Shown here: piece by piece, positions 19,234 through 29,690 of the stretch | Layout: every line of letters starts with the position of its first letter | Position numbering within the stretch: position 1 is the first letter of the stretch | Position numbers and translations under genes: made by a program | Notes under the pieces: model-generated | Databases searched by the model: none | What the model was told of the DNA's origin: nothing | The model's input: the letters and a program-made list of their open reading frames with translations, nothing else | From: Pelagomonas calceolata | Lineage: Eukaryota | Direction: 5' to 3' | NCBI GenBank assembly: GCA_918797485.1 | Contig: CAKKNE010000005.1 | Span: 2,728,001 to 2,792,000, forward strand | Length of the DNA: 64,000 nucleotides

Positions 19234-20025
19234 TTACCCGTGCGCCGGGAGGCCGAAGACTTCTCTGAACAGCGCCGCGTTGCGCCGCCCCGCCCCCGAG
19301 TCCCCCATCGCGAAGACGACGTGTTCCACGTCGCCGCGCGCCGCCGCCGCTCGCACCTCGTCGCGGAACGCCGCCGCGACGAGGGCCGCGTCGTTCCCGA
19401 ACGCGCCGCACCCCCACGCCCCCAGCACGAGTCTTCGGTGCCCATGAGCCGCGGCCGTGACCAGCACGCTGCGTACCTTTCGCCGCAGCGCGCCGACGTC
19501 GCCGCCGACGTCGCGGAGGGCGGCGGCGACGACGGCGCACGGGATCGCGGGCACCAACCAGTTAAGGTCTTTCGCCCAGAAAACAGCAACGTCGGGGACG
19601 TACACGCAGCTCTCCTTGCCCGGCATGTAGCCGCCGCCGCCCACATCAGCAAAATGTGCCTCTAGCTTCAGCCCCAGCGTCGACGTGCGGCATAGCGCCT
19701 CCTCTTGGGTCCCTTGCTGCTTCGACCGCCACGACCCGCCGGGGTTCGAATCCGACGCGAAGTCGAGCACGCACCCGCCGGCTGCCCCGGCCTGCACCAA
19801 GGCCTCGAACGCGCCGAGACTCACGACCTCCACCGGGCAGTCCGCGGAGCCCCGCGCCTCCACGGGCAGCTGCCCCAGTGGGTCGCGGTAGGTCACGGCC
19901 TTCCCTTTTCGTCCGCCCAGCAACTTGTGCTTCGCGACGTGCTGCACCGCCTCCTCCGCCGACGGCGGGGTGCCTGCGTCGGCCCCGCTGCTTGCCTTGC
20001 CTTTGCTCTTCCTGTCCTTACCCAT
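19234..20025 (-). CDS. TIGR02452/DUF2263 bacterial-type PARG macrodomain
   Basis: VLDFAS..NPGG.W...GTQEEALCRTSTL and LVLGAWGCGAFGND. Confidence 0.85.
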   Translation of the reverse strand: MGKDRKSKGKASSGADAGTPPSAEEAVQHVAKHKLLGGRKGKAVTYRDPLGQLPVEARGSADCPVEVVSLGAFEALVQAGAAGGCVLDFASDSNPGGSWRSKQQGTQEEALCRTSTLGLKLEAHFADVGGGGYMPGKESCVYVPDVAVFWAKDLNWLVPAIPCAVVAAALRDVGGDVGALRRKVRSVLVTAAAHGHRRLVLGAWGCGAFGNDAALVAAAFRDEVRAAAARGDVEHVVFAMGDSGAGRRNAALFREVFGLPAHG

Positions 20026-20117
20026 GGCTGCGTTTTGTGCTTTGCTCTGCACAAGCTGACGTGCCAGGCTGCCCCAACGCGCGCGATGCACACTCTCCAA
20101 GATCCTCAGGAATAATC

Positions 20118-20139
20118 CTAGTGTCTTACTGGACGCTAG
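20118..20139 (+). promoter_or_regulatory. 22-bp CTAG element (2 mismatches)
   Basis: CTAGTGTCTTACTGGACGCTAG between divergent genes. Confidence 0.65.
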
Positions 20140-20275
20140 CTTTCAGCGCAGCGCCGGCTGCCCGGCCGACCGCACGGCTGCCCTACAAGGCAAGACCTGA
20201 CGGCAGCCTAAGGAAGCGGCCCACGACCCAATCCAAAGCGCGAGGTAGGCGCCCGGCGCGCGGCGCACAGCAACC

Positions 20276-22807
20276 ATGGCCGGCGTCGAGATCCCCTTCG
20301 TGGCCAAGACCATCGATCCCGACGCCATTAAAGGAGGGAGCAAAGCCGCCCGCAGAAAGGAGGTCGCGAAGAGAAAGTGGCATAATGAGTTGATCAGGTT
20401 CGAGGCGCAGTTCCCGAACGGCGATACCGAGAAGTTTAGATTGCCGCGCCAGAAGTGCGACGAGCGGTCCTTGCAGCAATTTATATTTCGGACGAAGCAG
20501 CCCTTTCTCATAGACTACCTGCAGGAAGCTTCTAGTGGAGAAATTATATATCCTGGCGAGGCTCTTGCGAAGTGTCGAGTACGACCGGCGGAGTACAAAG
20601 TGATACCCAAGCCCGTGCGAGAAGTTGATGATGCAGCAGATAAAGAAGGCTACGAAGGGAGTCTAGCTCTTGTATTAGAAAACGTGCCCGTCCAAAATGA
20701 TGCTACGGGCCACGACGTCCGCGCCGAGGATATCCGAGAATGGCTCATGTTCGGCATCCAGGAGGAGGATCCTGATGTACGGGCAGCCGTAGGTAGGGTG
20801 GAAGTCGTCCAGGCGGAAATCGAGGAGGTGAAACGGGCGATGAGAGATGTCCCATTCCTAGAAATGTTCGACGCCCACGGGAAACCTCTCAAAGACGAGG
20901 AGGCCGACGATGAAAGAGCCGTCAAATATCAGGAATGCTCGGAACAGAAGGAGCAGTTCGAGAAGAAGCTGGAGCAGGCCAAATTACATGCGCAAGAAGT
21001 GATCATGGAGCGAGATAAAACACCTATCGTACTTACGAGTACGGAAGAAGATAAAGCATGGACGGGCCACAATAATGGCACGAAGGCCTGGTACGTCTCG
21101 TTCCAGACAGATGAAGCGTGGCAGCTCGAGGAGTGGATTAGTGGCAAGCAGGACTGGGACGGCGTCAAGCTGGCGTTGGCCCATGCCGTGGATTCCGAGG
21201 AGGGCAACTACAAGGAGACGCTGCCGCCCTGGGCGGGTCGCGGCATGGTGCCGGATGGTTCTAAACCCTACTTGCCGGACTACCAACCTTATGTGGTCAA
21301 CATGGCGGCCGTGTATGTGAGACGGGTCGAACATGGGTTTGGCGTGCTGAAAAGCGCGCCTGGTCCCGAACTACCGTTTGAAGGGCCTTTCCGCTATTAC
21401 CACGGCCAGTTCCACGCGGGCCAGATCCACGGGCGAGGCGTCGAGTACACTGATACTACAGTATTTTCAGGACTGTATAGAAAAGGTATGCGCTGGGGCA
21501 AAGGGAGGATGGACTACTGTGGAGGCGATGCCTATGACGGGGATTTCGGCGCGGAAATTAATCTGCGGAAGTCGATATTACCGGAGGGCAACGCCTACGA
21601 GTCCGGCGTGCCGCACGGCCAGGGGCGACGCGTCTTCGCGGACGGGAGCGTGTACGAGGGGCAATTTAAGGAAGGTAGGATTACCGGACAAGGGAGGTAT
21701 GAGTCGGCATTGGGCGAGGTCATGGAGGGGCACTTTCGCGAAGGCATGCTCCAGGGAAAAGGGTACATCAAGACGATCACGGGCGAGACTTATACCGGAG
21801 ATTTCGTGGACGGCGAGTATCACGGGTTAGGTACCTATACGAACGAAAAGCGAGGTGAAACGTATAAAGGGGCCTGGCGACGGGGCCAGAGGTCGGGAAG
21901 AGGCACGGAGACCTTCGCGGACGGCTCGGAGTACGACGGCTACTTTTTTTTGGATAAGCGGAGTGGACACGGCGTGCTCAAGTACGGGAAAGTAGGGTAT
22001 GTCAAACCTAGGAAACGAAGGGCCGATCTGTCGCCACGAACGACGGAGCGGTTAGATCGGGAAGAGGAAGAAGCTCGAGTACAAGCCGAGGAGGATGTGA
22101 AAAATGCGCGTATTAGCGACAAAGTTGCTTTATCTGATTTCGAACATAGATACGAGGGCCAGTGGCTGGCTGGCTATCACAGGATGATGGGTTCGCACTA
22201 CTTTGCGAGGAGTGGCAACTACTATTATACGATGGACGCGGATAGGGGCAAAGCATATTATCCCTTTCTGACGTCGTTGCAGCCGCGGCAAGAGCGCAAG
22301 CGCGCGAAAGACGCGCGACTGAGACAGAAGCACATCGATCTCGATAGAGCCTTCCGGGAGGAGATCATCCGCAAGAAGGAAAAAGTTTTTAGACAACAAC
22401 GGCGGCACGCGCGGCATGCGCTCAAGTCGGATCATTTTGAGCCCTTCACGGACGCGGCCATCGAGGCTCGTCAGACCTTACGACGCATGAGGTTGGAGAA
22501 TTTGGTGGCCAAGTCGAAGATTACGCCGGCCCACGCGACGGCCGTGGCTACGACGAACCGACTCGGGGCGGCTGCTCTCAGTGTTAATGAGGCGGCTCTA
22601 CCACACGAGGAGTGGGTCGCGGAGAATCCTTTGTCGAAAGCCGTGCGGTCGGACTTCGAGGAGTTGGAAGAGAGGAGGCGTACGGTCAACCTCAAAGCGT
22701 CGCTCGAGGCGGCGCGCCAGAAGATCATCCGGCGCGAGGAGGCGCAGAAGGACAAGCTCGGTGGGGGGAGCGCGCCGAACTCTCGACCGGCGACGCGTGG
22801 CTCGTAA
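20276..22807 (+). CDS. MORN-repeat protein
   Basis: Repeated YxGxFxxGxxxGxG units (e.g. YEGQFKEGRITGQG, YKGAWRRGQRSGRG). Confidence 0.88.
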   Translation: MAGVEIPFVAKTIDPDAIKGGSKAARRKEVAKRKWHNELIRFEAQFPNGDTEKFRLPRQKCDERSLQQFIFRTKQPFLIDYLQEASSGEIIYPGEALAKCRVRPAEYKVIPKPVREVDDAADKEGYEGSLALVLENVPVQNDATGHDVRAEDIREWLMFGIQEEDPDVRAAVGRVEVVQAEIEEVKRAMRDVPFLEMFDAHGKPLKDEEADDERAVKYQECSEQKEQFEKKLEQAKLHAQEVIMERDKTPIVLTSTEEDKAWTGHNNGTKAWYVSFQTDEAWQLEEWISGKQDWDGVKLALAHAVDSEEGNYKETLPPWAGRGMVPDGSKPYLPDYQPYVVNMAAVYVRRVEHGFGVLKSAPGPELPFEGPFRYYHGQFHAGQIHGRGVEYTDTTVFSGLYRKGMRWGKGRMDYCGGDAYDGDFGAEINLRKSILPEGNAYESGVPHGQGRRVFADGSVYEGQFKEGRITGQGRYESALGEVMEGHFREGMLQGKGYIKTITGETYTGDFVDGEYHGLGTYTNEKRGETYKGAWRRGQRSGRGTETFADGSEYDGYFFLDKRSGHGVLKYGKVGYVKPRKRRADLSPRTTERLDREEEEARVQAEEDVKNARISDKVALSDFEHRYEGQWLAGYHRMMGSHYFARSGNYYYTMDADRGKAYYPFLTSLQPRQERKRAKDARLRQKHIDLDRAFREEIIRKKEKVFRQQRRHARHALKSDHFEPFTDAAIEARQTLRRMRLENLVAKSKITPAHATAVATTNRLGAAALSVNEAALPHEEWVAENPLSKAVRSDFEELEERRRTVNLKASLEAARQKIIRREEAQKDKLGGGSAPNSRPATRGS

Positions 22808-23010
22808 GCTTGTGTTGTGTTTCTTCTGTGCCAGTGCGACTAGTGGGCGCGTCGGGGACCGCGCGTCCCCGATCTCGCGCGGGCGGGCGCGCTCGCCTTC
22901 CAGAGGCATAGAGGAGTGGGCGAAAGGGTTAGCAAGGGTGCGTCGGGTGCGTCTAGACCTCGAGGGAAAACCTGATTTTTCCTGGGCTTAGGACACCGTG
23001 CAAGTTACCG

Positions 23011-24237
23011 ATGGACGAGATTTATGTGTGGGTCGACTTCGCGTCGATCCCGCAAAAGTGCAAGCCGGTCCAGCGGTTACTTGTTTACTCTTTACCTTGC
23101 ATTGCGTCCGCCGTCGACGTGTTTTTGGTGGCGGCGCCTCATGCGAAACATCTAGTGACGCGGGAAAAGTGCTCTTCTCGCTCTTATCGGTCGCGGACGT
23201 GGTGCCGGGCCGAGGTCTTCGCGCATTGCGCTCGTCGAGGTGTCGACGTCATGTTCTACGCGACGGAGCGAGGCATCAAGCCCATGTTCCCGAAATTACG
23301 ATTAGCGACGACGCCTCGACCGCCGCAACGAAGTCTCTTGGTGCCGGAAGGCCACGAAATGCCGCGCGAACCTACAACTCCGGGCCGCGGCCTGACGCGG
23401 GACCGCTACTCGTCGACGTCCGACGCGTCCACGCGGAGCGTCACGCGGCCGTCGGCGGCCCTGTCGGACGGGTCCAGCATCATGGTCGGCGGCGACGGCG
23501 CCGAGACGCCTAAACCCCGAATTCCCCACGAGACCGAGGGGCCCGCCGCGGACCAGGCTAGACAGTTTAGAGAATGCCTCGACGTCGTCCACGGCAACCT
23601 GACGTGCTGCGCCTGCCGCCATGCATCGGGCCAACCTTGTGATAGAGAAGAATTGGTGCTGCCGATCATGGGCCTGTTCGCGGAGATTTACCGCGACCGC
23701 CACGGCGAGACGCGGGATTTGTACGAGGCGATGTTCGCCGACGGCTCGAGCGTGGACGACTACTTCCCGTCGCACTTCGACTACGAGACGCCCTTTGGCC
23801 AGGTCGTGCGCAAGCCGTTGTTCGGGGACCTGCCGCGGGCGATCATGGACCGCGTGGACCGGGAGCACGGCACGGAGATCGACACCTCGAAGTACCTCAC
23901 GCCCGGCGCGGACGCGCGCTTCACGGCGCCCCTCGACGAGCAGCTGTCGAACCCGCGCAAATTAGGAAGACCGCGGCTCTTCCGCCAGCGGACGTCCAAG
24001 AGCGCGCCGGACGACGTCGACGCCATGACGACGGTCACCTCGTTCGCCTCGTCGACGCGGGCCTCGTCGGGGCGCGTCGTCACCGACGCCGGCACGACGA
24101 CGCCGGAGCGGACGCCGGCCTCGCCGCCGGAGCAGGTCGCCGGCCTCGCGGAGCGCCGGTCGAAGCGCTCCGCCGTCGTGCGCCTGGCGTCGGCTCCTCT
24201 TCTGGACGTCGTGGACGACGAACCCCTGTCCCCATGA
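23011..24237 (+). CDS. Probable 5'-truncated HET-like domain protein
   Basis: YVWVDFASIPQ...SLP...YRSRTWCRAE motif set. The upstream SHxW motif expected in this family is absent before the in-frame stop at 22954. Confidence 0.5.
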   Translation: MDEIYVWVDFASIPQKCKPVQRLLVYSLPCIASAVDVFLVAAPHAKHLVTREKCSSRSYRSRTWCRAEVFAHCARRGVDVMFYATERGIKPMFPKLRLATTPRPPQRSLLVPEGHEMPREPTTPGRGLTRDRYSSTSDASTRSVTRPSAALSDGSSIMVGGDGAETPKPRIPHETEGPAADQARQFRECLDVVHGNLTCCACRHASGQPCDREELVLPIMGLFAEIYRDRHGETRDLYEAMFADGSSVDDYFPSHFDYETPFGQVVRKPLFGDLPRAIMDRVDREHGTEIDTSKYLTPGADARFTAPLDEQLSNPRKLGRPRLFRQRTSKSAPDDVDAMTTVTSFASSTRASSGRVVTDAGTTTPERTPASPPEQVAGLAERRSKRSAVVRLASAPLLDVVDDEPLSP

Positions 24238-24325
24238 TGTTTTCCACCTCGACCGACCCCTCCCCCGTTCGGTGTAAGACGCTTGTTTTTCGTGATCTTT
24301 GTTGTGTGCTCCGATGCCTGTATCC

Positions 24326-24347
24326 CTAGTATGTCTCGATACGCTAG
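24326..24347 (+). promoter_or_regulatory. Degenerate CTAG element (arms and length kept, spacer diverged)
   Basis: CTAGTATGTCTCGATACGCTAG, 135 bp before ATG 24482. Confidence 0.55.
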
Positions 24348-24481
24348 CTGGCTCCTTTGCCGTTTGCCGTCCTTGCGCAGCATCCTCGTTGCGTAGGCAT
24401 CAGGCGTGCAAGCCAGATCGCTGACAGGCGGCAGCGCTGCAACCTGCACGCGGCACGACGTCGCCGCGACCGCTCCTTGCA

Positions 24482-25839
24482 ATGCTGCTGCTCGCCGGCC
24501 GGGCGCGCGGCCTCGCGGCGCTGCGCGTCGGCCCAGTGGGGGCGAGGCGCGTGAAAGCTGTGGCGCTCGGCGGCGCGGCGCTCATGGCGACGCAGCAGAA
24601 GGAGGCCGACTGCGCCGCGGGCCAAAACCTGAGGGTCGCGTCGTACAACGTCCTGAGTTCGAAGCTCTGCGAGCCGGGCTACTTCATAAAGTGCGCCAAG
24701 GAGAATTTGGACCCGCCCACGCGCCTGAAGCGCGTCCAGGCTCTCTTAGAAACAGAAACTAAAAAGAACGCCGTCGTCTGCCTGCAAGAAGTCTCGAGGG
24801 AGTGGTCCGGCGACCTCCACGCGTTCTTCGCGCGGCAGGGCTACCAGTTCACGACGGGGTTGTACGGGAACCCTTTTAATGGATACATGGTGCGCGGCAG
24901 TGCATAAATCAAAATTTCACGGCGCGGTCGTGCTGAATCGTCACGTCGACCTCCACGCCATCGACGCGACGCCTGCTCGATAGCGTGGCGATCCGCCCGA
25001 CTCACTGGTTGATTTATGCACAGGGTGTTGCATTAGCCTGGCCCCAGGACAAGTACGACCTCGTCACGATCGACTGCGCGCGGCTGTCCGACGACGTCCA
25101 GGAGGCCAGACAAAAGTGGGAGAAGCGCGAAGAAATTACGGGCATCCGAAAACTCGCCTCGAACCTGAAAATACGACTAAAAAACGTCGTCTCCGCGTTA
25201 ACGTCCTCGTTAGAATACGAGCGCCCGCCCTTCGACGGCTGGAAGGAGGCGCGCAAGAAGCACAACGTCCTCGTGACGGCCACACTGCAACCGAAGAAGG
25301 GCGGCGACGCGTTTTGTGTCGGTACTTATCATATGCCGTGCTTGTTCGGCTCGGTGGATAAAGAGCGCGTCATGGTCATCCACGCTTCCCTAGCTGCAGC
25401 ACGGGTCAAGAAGGTCGCGGCTGGTAAAAGATATGTACTCTGTGGTGATTTCAATATAAAACCGTATGATGCCTGCTACCAGTTATTGACGCAAGGGTCC
25501 TTGTCTGGGGAATTTGCCGATCGAACGCCGACGAAGCCGGACGGGGACGTTGTCGCAGGCAACTTCTCGTCTTCCGTAGATCCTCCGTTGAAGTCGGCCT
25601 ACGTGCTGGCCAACGGGAAAGAACCAGATTTTACGAACTTTGCTTACACGAAACCGATGGGCGACGCCATGGACGCCTTCGTCGAGACGCTCGACTATGT
25701 GTTTCTGGGGCCGGGCTGGGCCGTGAACTCGGTTTTGGATACTGTTCCTGCTTCGGCGATCGACCGGTCGAAGCCGTACCCTACTTCCACTCAACCGTCG
25801 GACCACTGCATGATCGCGGCGGACTTGCAGATGGTGTAG
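24482..25839 (+). CDS. EEP-superfamily nuclease/phosphatase (CCR4/nocturnin-like), 2 exons (24482-24889, 25024-25839)
   Basis: VASYNVL, CLQEV, LCGDFN, TLDYVF, PSDH; spliced junction reads GYM|GVA. Confidence 0.9.
24890..25023 (+). mobile_element. Introner-type intron with 14/15 TIR
   Basis: GT start, 8 nt, then CAGTGCATAAATCAA...TTGATTTATGCACAG. TSD has diverged. Confidence 0.88.
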
Positions 25840-26296
25840 TAACCTTGTTTCTCGCGTAGTTTCGCTTCGACTGGACACTCGCCGGCATCCGCCGGGGAGG
25901 AGTCACTTTGTGTCCAACCCCGGGTAGGACGGATCCGTACGGACCGGTCGGTCCGGTCCCCGGCTGTCAAAACCCGCGCGCAACGACTGAACACGTAGAA
26001 GGCGTTCTATCCCTCGGATGCGTGTCTTCGGAAGCCTGTACAGCTATCAGCGGCGCTTTCGCATCGCTCGACCCCATTTTTGCAGACGCATGCGCAGACT
26101 GCTATAGACGAGCCATTCGCGAGCCTAACCGGTGCAGCCAGGCAGCAGCAGCACGCGCACTACGCCTCAGAGAGCTGAAGGCATCGTTGCGAAAGCCAGA
26201 GCTCCTTCGCTGTCGTCCACGACGACGTTTAGCATAGCTGCTCTCGCATCAACCCAGTGATACGCCGCCGCTGCCAGCACTAGACGCGCAGCAGCG

Positions 26297-28636
26297 ATGC
26301 GGCGAGTACTCTGCGTCGCCGCGACGGCCGCCGCGCTGCAGGCGCCGCTGAACAAAAGGCCAAGCACGAAGGTCGACGTGAGCACGCTCGAGGCCCCGAC
26401 GGAGCGCGTCGTCGTCCCGGAAGATGGGAGCCCGATGCGCCCGCCCATCCTGACGCCCTGGGACGAGAACAAACTGATACTGGAGGAGCAGCTCGGCTTC
26501 TCGGCCGAGAGGCTCGCGACGTACGACGACGTCACAACCGACGACCTGAGTGACGCGTATGAAATGATGCAGCTCTGCCGCCAGTTCGAGAACGCCTGCG
26601 CGCAGAGCTACATGCAGGGGTCGATTCGCGGCTTCATGCATTTAGATAATGGGCAGGAGACGATTCCCGCCCTTGTAGCTGATACCCTTACCAAAAAAGA
26701 TATCAAGTATTCTTATTATAGAGAACATACGCACGCTCTCGCTTCCGGCGTCTCGCCCAATAAAATCATGGCCGAGTTGTTCGCCAAGGACGGAGGTACC
26801 TGTAGAGGTACGGGCGGTTCCATGCACATCTTCGACGTCGAGACCCATTTCCAGGGCGGCTGGGCTCTCGTGGCCGAGCAGTTCCCCTACGCCGCGGGTG
26901 CGGCTCGTTCGATTATGTTGGACCGGCATTTAGGACTGGCCCCGGAAGATGATGATCGGTTGGCTATTGTGTTTTGCGGCGAAGGCGGGTCGCAAAATGG
27001 CCGGTTGGCCGAGGTCATGAACTGCGCGGCCAAGGAGAAGCTGCCTCTACTTATCTTGTGTATTGATAACGGGAGAGCGATCAATACGTTTACCCCTGAC
27101 GTCGCCCAGAACAGTGAGGTCTGGAAGGCCGGCGCGCACTACGGCGTGCCCGGGGCGAAAGTTGATGGTACTAATCTGCAAGATGTGTTGCGCACGGGTC
27201 GTGCTGTGGTCGACTACGTGCGCGAGACGTCTTCACCTGCTATTTTGCAAGTACATACCTACAGACTGCAGGGCCATTCACCCGCAGATCCCGAGCACGA
27301 GCGAGGAAGAAAAGCGGAGAAGAAGTGGGCGCGCGCGGAGGCCGATCCGCTCAAGATCTTCGAGGCGACGGGCGCGCTCCCGCAGGACGTCCTCGACGAG
27401 CGCAAGAAGAAGGCTTCCGCAGTAGTGAAGGACGCTGTCGCCTTCGCGAAGGAGAGCCCGCCGCCGCCGCGGGAGCTGGCGAAGGAATTGGAGTTTCCTG
27501 ATCCGGCGGACACGGACTACAACACGCGCGAGGTCGCCAGCGACAGTGAGGTCATCACGCAACGTTCAGTAGATGCCGCGAAGCTCGCGGAATGCCAGGA
27601 GCGCATCGCCATGCTCCAGCAGCAGGCGAAGGATCCTGGTTTGAATGTTGGTGATGCATTAAACCTCGCCATCCTCGAGGAGATGGTGCGGGATCCGAGG
27701 ACCACGATCCACGCCGAAGATTTACAAGCAGGGAGTAGTTATGATATCCCGCGCCAGACCCAACAAACTTTTGGAGAACTCAGAGCGGCCGACGAAATTA
27801 TCGACGAGGGCCACTTCATCGGCAAGGCCATTGGGGAGGGCATGAACGGGTATAGGCCTATTGTGGAGCTTATGAATGCCAACTTCGGCATCTACGGCAT
27901 GGCCGAGCTATCAAGTGCGGGTAATACGTACGCGACGACGGGCGGGCAGTTCAAGATGCCCCTGACGGTGGTCGGTGCGGGCGGCACGGCTCCCAATCAG
28001 GCTCTGGGCGCGGAGCACAGTCAGCCCTTCCACGCGTACGTCATGGGCATTCCCGGGTTGAAGATCTGCACGGCGGCGACGCCGGAGGGTGCCTATGGCT
28101 TATGTAAGGCCATGATCAGGGATGATGGGCCGGGCATGCTCTTCACGCCCGTCAAGCTGATGAAGGACGAAAAAGTACCTGTCGACGTCGGTACGTGTCT
28201 ACCGCTGAACAAGGCCCACCTCATGTCCAAGGCGTCGGACGCTTCCGTTTCGTCAAGTAAGGCGGTGACGGTGCTCACGTACTTGCACGGCGTGCGCGAG
28301 GCGGTCAACGCGATCGCCGAGATTCAAGGAAACGGCCACGATATTGATTTGATTGAGTTGCGGTCCTTGAAGCCGTTAGATTTGGACACGATCCGCGAGT
28401 CTTTGTCTAGAACACACAAGTTGTGTATTTTAGATGAGTCCACTCAATCCGGCGGCGTCGGGGCGTCCATCAGCGCTTTAGTTGGTGAGGAGCTGTTCGA
28501 CGAGCTCGACGCGCCGGTGAAGCGCCTCTGCATGGACGACGCGCCCGTGCCCTACGCGTCGTCGATGGAGCAGGCCGTCGTCAAGCGCGGGTCGGACCTG
28601 GTGATTGCCGTGAAGGAGCTCGTCGACTACGTCTGA
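26297..28636 (+). CDS. Pyruvate dehydrogenase E1 alpha-beta fusion, probably plastid-targeted
   Basis: Alpha: IRGFMHLDNGQE, GGSMH, YRLQGHS.ADP. Beta: RPIVELM, GAEHSQ, ELRSLKPLD, DELDAPVKR. Signal-like N-terminus. Confidence 0.9.
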   Translation: MRRVLCVAATAAALQAPLNKRPSTKVDVSTLEAPTERVVVPEDGSPMRPPILTPWDENKLILEEQLGFSAERLATYDDVTTDDLSDAYEMMQLCRQFENACAQSYMQGSIRGFMHLDNGQETIPALVADTLTKKDIKYSYYREHTHALASGVSPNKIMAELFAKDGGTCRGTGGSMHIFDVETHFQGGWALVAEQFPYAAGAARSIMLDRHLGLAPEDDDRLAIVFCGEGGSQNGRLAEVMNCAAKEKLPLLILCIDNGRAINTFTPDVAQNSEVWKAGAHYGVPGAKVDGTNLQDVLRTGRAVVDYVRETSSPAILQVHTYRLQGHSPADPEHERGRKAEKKWARAEADPLKIFEATGALPQDVLDERKKKASAVVKDAVAFAKESPPPPRELAKELEFPDPADTDYNTREVASDSEVITQRSVDAAKLAECQERIAMLQQQAKDPGLNVGDALNLAILEEMVRDPRTTIHAEDLQAGSSYDIPRQTQQTFGELRAADEIIDEGHFIGKAIGEGMNGYRPIVELMNANFGIYGMAELSSAGNTYATTGGQFKMPLTVVGAGGTAPNQALGAEHSQPFHAYVMGIPGLKICTAATPEGAYGLCKAMIRDDGPGMLFTPVKLMKDEKVPVDVGTCLPLNKAHLMSKASDASVSSSKAVTVLTYLHGVREAVNAIAEIQGNGHDIDLIELRSLKPLDLDTIRESLSRTHKLCILDESTQSGGVGASISALVGEELFDELDAPVKRLCMDDAPVPYASSMEQAVVKRGSDLVIAVKELVDYV

Positions 28637-28705
28637 GCGATGCGGGTGCGGCGAAGTAAGTAGATAAACATCGTAGTTAGACTTCGGGCGTGGTCGTATA
28701 TATAC

Positions 28706-29020
28706 TCAGTCGTTGCTCGTCGGTCTGTACGTGGGGGCGTACGACGGCGCATAGCCCTCGCGGGTAGCCCCGGGCCGCACGTAGACGTCGGTCTTCTTCG
28801 AGCCGTCGAACTTCGCCGGGTCGCAGCCGCGGCGCTTAGAGCACTTGCCGTTCTTGGTGGTGAACGCGACGCAGTCGCAGCTCCAGGCTGCCGACAAGGT
28901 ACCTATATGTTCCTCGCCCAACAGCTTCAAGCGTCCGGAGTATACGTCTCGTTGCATCCGCGAGGCATCTTCTAACCGTCCAGCATGTGCATACGAGGTC
29001 GCAAGATTGTTAAGCGCGAT
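28706..29020 (-). pseudogene. Chimeric fragment: TPR piece joined to a Cys-rich (PAN/apple-like) 3' end
   Basis: NNLATSYAHAGRLEDASRMQRDVYSG..LGEEH then WSCDCVAFT..GKC. No convincing start. Confidence 0.55.
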
Positions 29021-29597
29021 GAGTACGGGCACACACGTCACCTTGCCCGGTGGATATCTGAAGGTTCATGCAGATTTCAACGGAGATTTTGGTGGCGGCC
29101 TCGCGCGTCGCGTGAACACGTTCCTCTACCTGAATCCGGACTGGTCGGACGCCTACCAGGGCCACCTGCAGCTCTGGAGCCGCAACATGAGCACCTGCGC
29201 GCGGGAGATCAGCCCTATTATGAACCGGTTCGTGGCCTTCAAGACCGACGATTTTAGCTATCACGGTCATCCCGTGCCACTGCTTGCCCCAGAAGGGCGC
29301 GCGCGACGATCTATTGCGGCCTACTTCTACACGAAGGGATATCGCGATGCGCGGGAGTGCCTCCATCCGATGTGCTACGCCGGTGATTGGAGGCGATGCA
29401 CCTGTAAATGGCATAACACACTGTGGCATGACTCTCCCTGCCTCGCGTGTACCCACCACATTATGAAGAAGCAATTCGGTAACGGCGCATGTGGCGTCCG
29501 GATGAAGCGTCGCCTCAAGAGCCTCGGGCCTTCCAGTCATCAGGGCGCGATGCACCATGCGCTCGCTCGTTTCCACAGCGAGCACGTTGGTAACTGA
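29019..29597 (+). pseudogene. 2OG-Fe(II) oxygenase (prolyl-hydroxylase-like), apparently N-truncated
   Basis: GGYLKVHADFN, RRVNTFLYLNPDW, SYHGHP, RRSIAAYFY. The frame begins just before the HxD motif. Confidence 0.65.
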
Positions 29598-29690
29598 AAT
29601 GCTACGGACACCAACGACGCGAGCATTGTACACTCGTCGTCCGCCAACGTACACTAGGAGATCATATAATAAAAAGCCTCGTTACCCAAT

